Source of the DNA: the human T2T-CHM13v2.0 reference genome, Homo sapiens
Assembly: GCF_009914755.1 (NCBI RefSeq)
Contig: NC_060926.1
Reading direction: 5' to 3' (one strand)
Length of the DNA stretch: 64,000 nucleotides
Shown here in pieces: positions 57,681 through 64,000 of the stretch. A program made the position numbers and the translations under genes. Position 1 is the first letter of the stretch. The number at the start of each line of letters is the position of its first letter. The notes under the pieces were generated by a model. That model made no database searches and was not told where the DNA came from. It saw only the letters and a program-made list of their open reading frames with translations.

Positions 57681-58175
57681 TCTTCAGTGTGTAAGAACGG
57701 TGTGAACAGCAAGAATTTAGTGGTGTATTTAGTACTGTCCAGAGGAAAAGGACAACTAGTGACCATATATTTCAATTAGCTGACTGCCAAAGCTTGTTCA
57801 AAACTGACCCCTTCTGCTCTGAATACATGCTCATACTCACCAAGAGTCTTGGTAGAGTTCTGGGACAATTCCTTACTAGGAAATTAGGAGCTTCACATCT
57901 TAAAAGGATGGATGACATTATCTGAGCTGAAGCCAGCCAGTCCTTGTGGGCCTGACTGCTCATCATGAGCCTGAATTGGACTCAGCTCACTCCTTTTTTA
58001 GGGCCTGATGGCTAGCTTTTGGGAGCAGCTTTAGGTAACAGGACTGACAGGCACCCACTTGTGCCTGCTGCTATAGTAGCAACTTAAACACCTGAGGAAA
58101 AAAGAGCAGCTCCTCCCTTCAGCAGATAAGGAAGGACACACAAATTGTGAGAACAACTTCAGTCAGCTGCCTTTT

Positions 58176-58529
58176 TTTCTTCATCTTTTAAGTTCAGGAG
58201 TACATGTGCAGGATGTCCAGGTTTGTTACATAGGTCAACATGTACCATGGTGGTTTGCTGCACAGATCATCCCATCACCTAGATATTAAGCCCAGCATCT
58301 ATCAGCTGTTCTTCCTGATGCTCTCCCTCCCGCAACACCCCTAATCCAAAAGGCCCCAGTGTCTGTTGTTTCCTCACCCCCTTTTGTCCCTGTGTTCTCA
58401 TCATTCAGCTCCCACTTATAAGTGAGAACATGCGGTGTTTGGTCTTCTGTTCCTGTGTTGGTTTGCTGAGGATAACGGCTTCCAACTCCATCCATGTCCC
58501 TGCAAAGGACATGATCTCATTCCTTTTTA
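58176..58529 (-). mobile_element. 5'-truncated L1PA 3' end
   Basis: L1PA 3'UTR; 13-bp TSD TCAGCTGCCTTTT at 58163-58175 and 58530-58542. Confidence 0.9.
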
Positions 58530-59465
58530 TCAGCTGCCTTTTCCACCCCACTTTCCTGGCAGAATAAGAAACTGTAACCCCCAGTTTTCCCTCCTCTTTG
58601 CCCTTTTTTCCTCACTTGGTCCAGGGAGGTAGGAACAAATCTTGTTTGTTTTCTGCCCATGCTATGACTGTCTGTTCTCTGTGTAAACACTTACTTGTTT
58701 TGAGGGAAAAGAACCAGACTGTACTTCTAACCCCTAGAACTAGACAGTTGTTATCAGACCCTATACATGAAGCTACATTCTAACTGACAGTTTAGCATCC
58801 CAGTTAACTTGATATGGTAGTAAATGGATACCCTGAGATATTATCAGCATTCTGATCCCTGGAAAAGGGTATCAATCACTGAACATTAATAAATTTGCTT
58901 ACTAATTAATTAGGCTACGATGAGTTTAAATAGTCTGGGTGCACTAACCAAATTTAATATCTGGACATGCAAAGCTGAGGACTGGATGCTAGAATGAGGT
59001 AGCCTACCAAGACACCTGTGCTGTGTGTGAAGTTCCATGAGGGCAACCAACTTGCCTTCCACGCTAACATTTCTATCTTTTCTCCCTGTAACTAAAGCAG
59101 TGGTTTGGAAGCCACTTTATATCGAAGTGTAATTCATTACAATTTGAGGAAGTATAGTCTGGAAGTGATTAGTTACCAACTGAGAGGGCCAATTTAAAAA
59201 ATAATCTTAAAAAGCTCCCAAACAAATACTGATGTCAATTTAAAACACTTTTCCAACACCAGAGCTCACAAAAAATAACCATCAGGGTATTCAATAACTC
59301 AACAAATATTTATTGGGCACCTACTATATAACCAAGCATTCTGTTCCTGAAAAACCAGGTAATCAACAACAGAGTATCACTGCCATGAAAATACAATGTT
59401 TCACTAAATTACTTTGCTTACATACTCTAAACATTCATTGCAGGAAGCACATAATTTTAACATAC

Positions 59466-59577
59466 CTTCACTGACATCTTTGTCTTGGGATTTGGTAGAG
59501 TTAATTCCTGATGATGATGGAACTTCAGAGTCATCGGGATTTTCTTCAGCTGATAACTTGCCTTTTTCCTGAAGACT
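59466..59577 (-). CDS. GTF3C3: GTF3C3 exon 2 (SLQEKGK...DKDVSEG)
   Basis: cag|AGT acceptor, GAAG|gtatg donor; 112 nt. Confidence 0.96.
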
Positions 59578-59914
59578 CTGTGATTGCAAATTAATTAATG
59601 ATTCCAAAAAATAATGCAGACTTAGCTCTCCCCAGCCACAGAGTATCTGGTTCTAGTCCTAGCTTTGCCACTCGGGCATTTTGTGACCATGGGTTGGCAG
59701 TTTATAGAATAGGGCATTTGCCTAATTTTCTATTCCTACAAAACTTGAGCTGTGAACACATACACAGTAGATGGAATCTAAATTTGAATACTGTCAAAGC
59801 ATTTCAAAGTACTTATATCTTACCCTTCAATCTGTCATTTGTAAAAAAAAATAAATAAAATATCTTAATAATTTCATTAATGAACATATTGTATCCTAAT
59901 ATTTTAAATAAAAA

Positions 59915-60221
59915 ATGACTTGGTGGCTCACATCTGTAATCCAACCACTTTGGGAGGCCGAGACAGGCGGATCCCTTGAGCTCAGGAGTTTGAGACCGGC
60001 CTGGGCAACATGAAGAAACCCTGTCTCTACAAAAAATACAAAAATTAGCAGAGTGTGATGGCTCACACCTGTGGTCTCAGCTACTTGGAGGCTGAGGTAG
60101 GAGGACTGCTTGAGTCCGGGAGGCGGAAGTTACAGTGAGCTGAGATCGCGTCACTGCACTCCAGCATGGGTGACAGAGCCAGACTCTGTCTGAAAATAAA
60201 ATAAAATAAAATAAATAAAAA
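59915..60221 (+). mobile_element. AluJ-like element
   Basis: Dimer with (AAAAT)n tail. Confidence 0.9.
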
Positions 60222-60236
60222 GATAAGTCCCTACTA

Positions 60237-60590
<354 letters not shown>

Positions 60591-61149
60591 TTACTTTTAT
60601 TTTCTCTTGCACTTGAAGTAAGCAAGAAGATACAGTAAGTTCAGATATTTCTAAGTATGGGGAAAAAAAAGGTATGGGTGAAGATTATCTTCTTATCGGA
60701 CAATACTTTTTTATGGACTATTACTTCACACCAGTGGGAGACTCCTCAAAAACAGGAGCTCAATCGTTCCAGTTCAGAAAAGGAGACATTGGGGCCTAAA
60801 GAAGAGAAGTGAGCTGTCCACCCACCGTCACAAAACGACTTAGTGGCAAAGCTAGGACTAGAACCTGAAACTGACTCCAAACTCTTCTCCCCACCTCCCA
60901 TTTAACTTACCAGCGTTAAGCTACCCTGAAATAAAAACGTAGTATTGGGGGAAAAAGAAGAGGTTACCACCAAGACGAAAGCTTTTCGGTGGGGGAAAAC
61001 GTTTTAAGGAGCTTAGCACAGGGATGAGGGGTGAAAACCGGAGTTTCTGTAAGATAAGGAAGAAGCTGCTGAAAGTTCCCAGCCCGCCCCATCACAGTGA
61101 AAGCGGTCGTCTGGGTCCCCCACACCTAAGGGTATGAAGGCAACAAGAG

Positions 61150-61520
61150 TGAAGGGCACCGTGGCCTAGCATCGCCTCACTTTCTTCTCGCGGGTTTTTC
61201 TCTCTTCTCTCCGCCGTTCGAACTCCTCAAAGGAGATTTTCCCTTCCAAGTAGTCGATGAGTTCCGGACTGAACCCTGACATGTTTACAGGGTCTGTCTG
61301 TGCAACCCCAGGAACCGGGACAGAGAACCGGAAGAGCAGCGCCTTCCAGAAGCTACCTCGCCGGGGCCAGCAAGAGCAAGGAACCGGCGTCCTTCTGGGA
61401 AACTCGCCCGGTCTGCGCCGCAGCTGCAGCACTCAGGTTCCGCGTGCGCGCCAGACCGGGACGTATATATGGGAGGCGCGACCCATGCTGACTCCCTAGG
61501 CCGCGTCTTTCAGCCCTCGT
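61150..61520 (-). promoter_or_regulatory. CpG-rich promoter / 5'UTR of GTF3C3
   Basis: CpG-dense segment around exon 1; ETS/GABP core CCGGAAG at 61328-61334; NRF1-like CGCGTGCGCG at 61441-61450; TATATAT at 61464-61470. Confidence 0.8.
61181..61282 (-). CDS. GTF3C3: GTF3C3 coding exon 1 (MSGFSPEL...KTREKK)
   Basis: ATG at 61282-61280; 102 nt; donor AAA|gtgagg. Confidence 0.97.
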
Positions 61521-61579
61521 TGAAGGTTATTAGATAGCTCAAAAAAAAAAGTGCTTTAAATATATTTTCTTTAACCTAG

Positions 61580-61923
<344 letters not shown>

Positions 61924-63779
61924 TCTCCCAATCCATTTTCTTTTCTGAAGGTTCTTTAAATTAATTTGGTCGCTGCTGTGTGATATTTTTTTCTTAATTT
62001 AACCATTTGCTCTGCCATGTGCATGTTTCACTTTCCAGTTCTCTCCTGCTACAGAAAGCTAAAATCCTCCCCCAATGTATGCTTTAAATTTCACTCCCGC
62101 CAGTTTTTCCTCCCCGCTCCCACCGCCCCGCGCCCTGCTCCCACCCGGAATCCTCAAACTCTCCCTTTCCTCAAGCACCGTCTCAGTCTGTAAATACGTT
62201 CACCTGGGCTTCCTGTTCCACCTCTCCCACCCAAGTTTTCTTCCTTTCCTAACAGCAAACTTTCAGAAAGAACCAAATACTTGATATGGTTACTACACAT
62301 TGTTGCCCATTTACTATATAATAAATACATAGGCCATCTACTGTTTTATACATATTACATACATATCTCAAAATAACCCTTCCTTCTAAGTGGATGTTAT
62401 TCCTAACGCTATTGTCTCTATCTAATAAGTAGTAGAGCCAGGATTTGAACCCTGGTTTCTGACTCCAGGTCCTATGCTTGGAACTATAATATACTGCCTC
62501 CTCTGAATGGTACGGTTTTTCAACTTCTACACACTCCTGTGATTTATATTTTCCCTTGTATTATAATTATCTATTTGTCCAATTCTAGAGACACTAGCTG
62601 TAAATATCTTGGCAACAGCCCTAACTGATGCATCATTGTAAACCCTACTGTATGGCCTAATAATTTGTGCTGAAAACACATTTGTGAATTATATTGGATG
62701 GAATTGAAAGTGCCTTTGGAACCTTGGGCAAGGGAGCTGGAGTAGGGGAATGAAGCTCAATATGAAGCTAAGGTTAAAGACAAGTTACAGGGAGAGTATC
62801 ACCTAGCCATCTTTATGACAATCCTGGTGAGAATAAACAGCAAAAGGATGGGAGAATGAGGGGCCAGGACCTGCAAGGGCAGGACTGCCAAGTGAGAAAA
62901 AAAAATATCTCGCAGCTAGAAGTCTTCCCCTTTCTCATGAGGAAGGATCCTCAGAGTCCTACCTGGGTATAAAATATGGAAGGTGAGCAGGGTAGAGTGT
63001 GTTAAAGTAATCCACTTAAACCACTTATAGGGAAATTCTCCCCTAAGTTTTTCCAGACAGTGGAGCAATTGTGTCTAAGAGGAATTTAGGAATCTTCAAT
63101 CCTAACTCTCCTAGGGGAAAAGAAAAGAAATCAAGTGAGAAGGGATGGTTACCTGTAAGGAGAATACTCTCCTAAGACCCAAATGACTTAGACTATCTTG
63201 TCTTATTGCTGGCTATCTGGAATATGGGAATAACAATTCTGGAGATATAGATTCATGTTATGAAGAACAGGAAGCAGTGAACAAGGGGTAGGAGGGTAGT
63301 TTTTTGTTGTTTGTTTGTTTTGTGTGTGTGTTTTGGTTTTTTGTTTTTTTTTGGGGGGGGCTATGGAACACCTTAATGACATGAAAGTTATTTTAGAGGT
63401 CAGACTGTTGCAACATATCTTGAAATTTCAATCTTTCTGTTTTTCTTTCCCCCACTTCTTTGGAAGAGATTTGTCACCTGATGAGTCAGAGGTATCCACA
63501 TTACCTTGAGATGAAGTGGAATGGTTACAGCCATAATAAAAATACATTCAGGCTTGTTTGGAAAATCAGAATGGAAAGTCTGAAGGAAGAAGAACATTGA
63601 ATTTTTACCACGACCATATAATTAAAAGCATACATTCTTTCTTCTTGCCAGGGAAAAGAGCCAGGATGGGCTGTGACCCTATGTGGGAGACTGTTTTTCC
63701 ATGGCTTTTTCATTGTTCTGAAAAAGCTTTTGATAGCTTTGTTCTAGGCTAGCTTTTCAAGGCTGTTTTCAAATCAAAC

Positions 63780-64000
63780 AGCCTTGAAAGGTGGAGCTAT
63801 TGTCTCCTTCTGGGGCAGGGAGCAAATTTGTTTTCCAAACAGTGTAATAAATGTTTCCCTCTGGGCAGAGTTTGGGCGTGTTTGCTAGCAGTCCCATTAG
63901 AAGAGTGGGGATTTCCTAAGTTTGGAGTTCCTCAGCTTTGGCACAAACCCAGTTGTGCACTGCATACCCCTGGACCCACATTCACATGGCTCCCTTGATA
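63780..64000 (+). mobile_element. Probable MER21/MER77-like LTR fragment running off the window
   Basis: Motifs recalled from MER21-family LTRs (ctctgggcagagt, gttcctcagct); weak. Confidence 0.4.

Noticed and set aside
57700-59070. Possible ancient LTR/ERVL-like sequence around the short L1 insertion
   Set aside because: No termini, TSD or translatable retroviral motif could be pinned down without a database search.
61216-61228. GTTCGAAC palindrome in exon 1 resembling a TFIIIC B-box (possible autoregulation)
   Set aside because: The invariant C of GWTCRAnnC is missing on both strands, and the sequence is explained by the codons for E-F-E.
61166-61432. 88-aa ORF extending exon 1 upstream (N-terminally extended GTF3C3)
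   Set aside because: It starts at a non-ATG codon in the promoter region; the first in-frame ATG at 61282 gives the recognised N-terminus.

Overview
Primate genomic DNA, most probably human; GTF3C3 maps to human chr2q33 (from memory). The right half holds the complete coding region of GTF3C3 (TFIIIC subunit 3 / TFIIIC102, a TPR protein) on the minus strand. Its 18 coding exons run from ATG at 61282 to TAA at 26271-26273, all with GT-AG boundaries. They sum to 2661 nt (886 aa) with consistent phases. The left ~24 kb is intergenic and dense in transposons: two long dead L1PA elements, Alus, MER85, MADE1, Tigger3, MLT1 and a MER39-like LTR. No new protein-coding gene, RNA gene, CRISPR array or novel multi-gene system is supported. 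The most unusual items are DNA-level events: a TSD-flanked chimeric L1-ORF2/unique-sequence/poly(A) retrocopy, a near-perfect 155-bp templated insertion inside an old Alu TSD, an apparently APOBEC3-hypermutated LTR, an Alu-arm insertion carrying 3'-transduced sequence, and a diverged 3'UTR duplicate flanking the last exon. Repeat subfamily names come from recalled consensus features, not from a database run.
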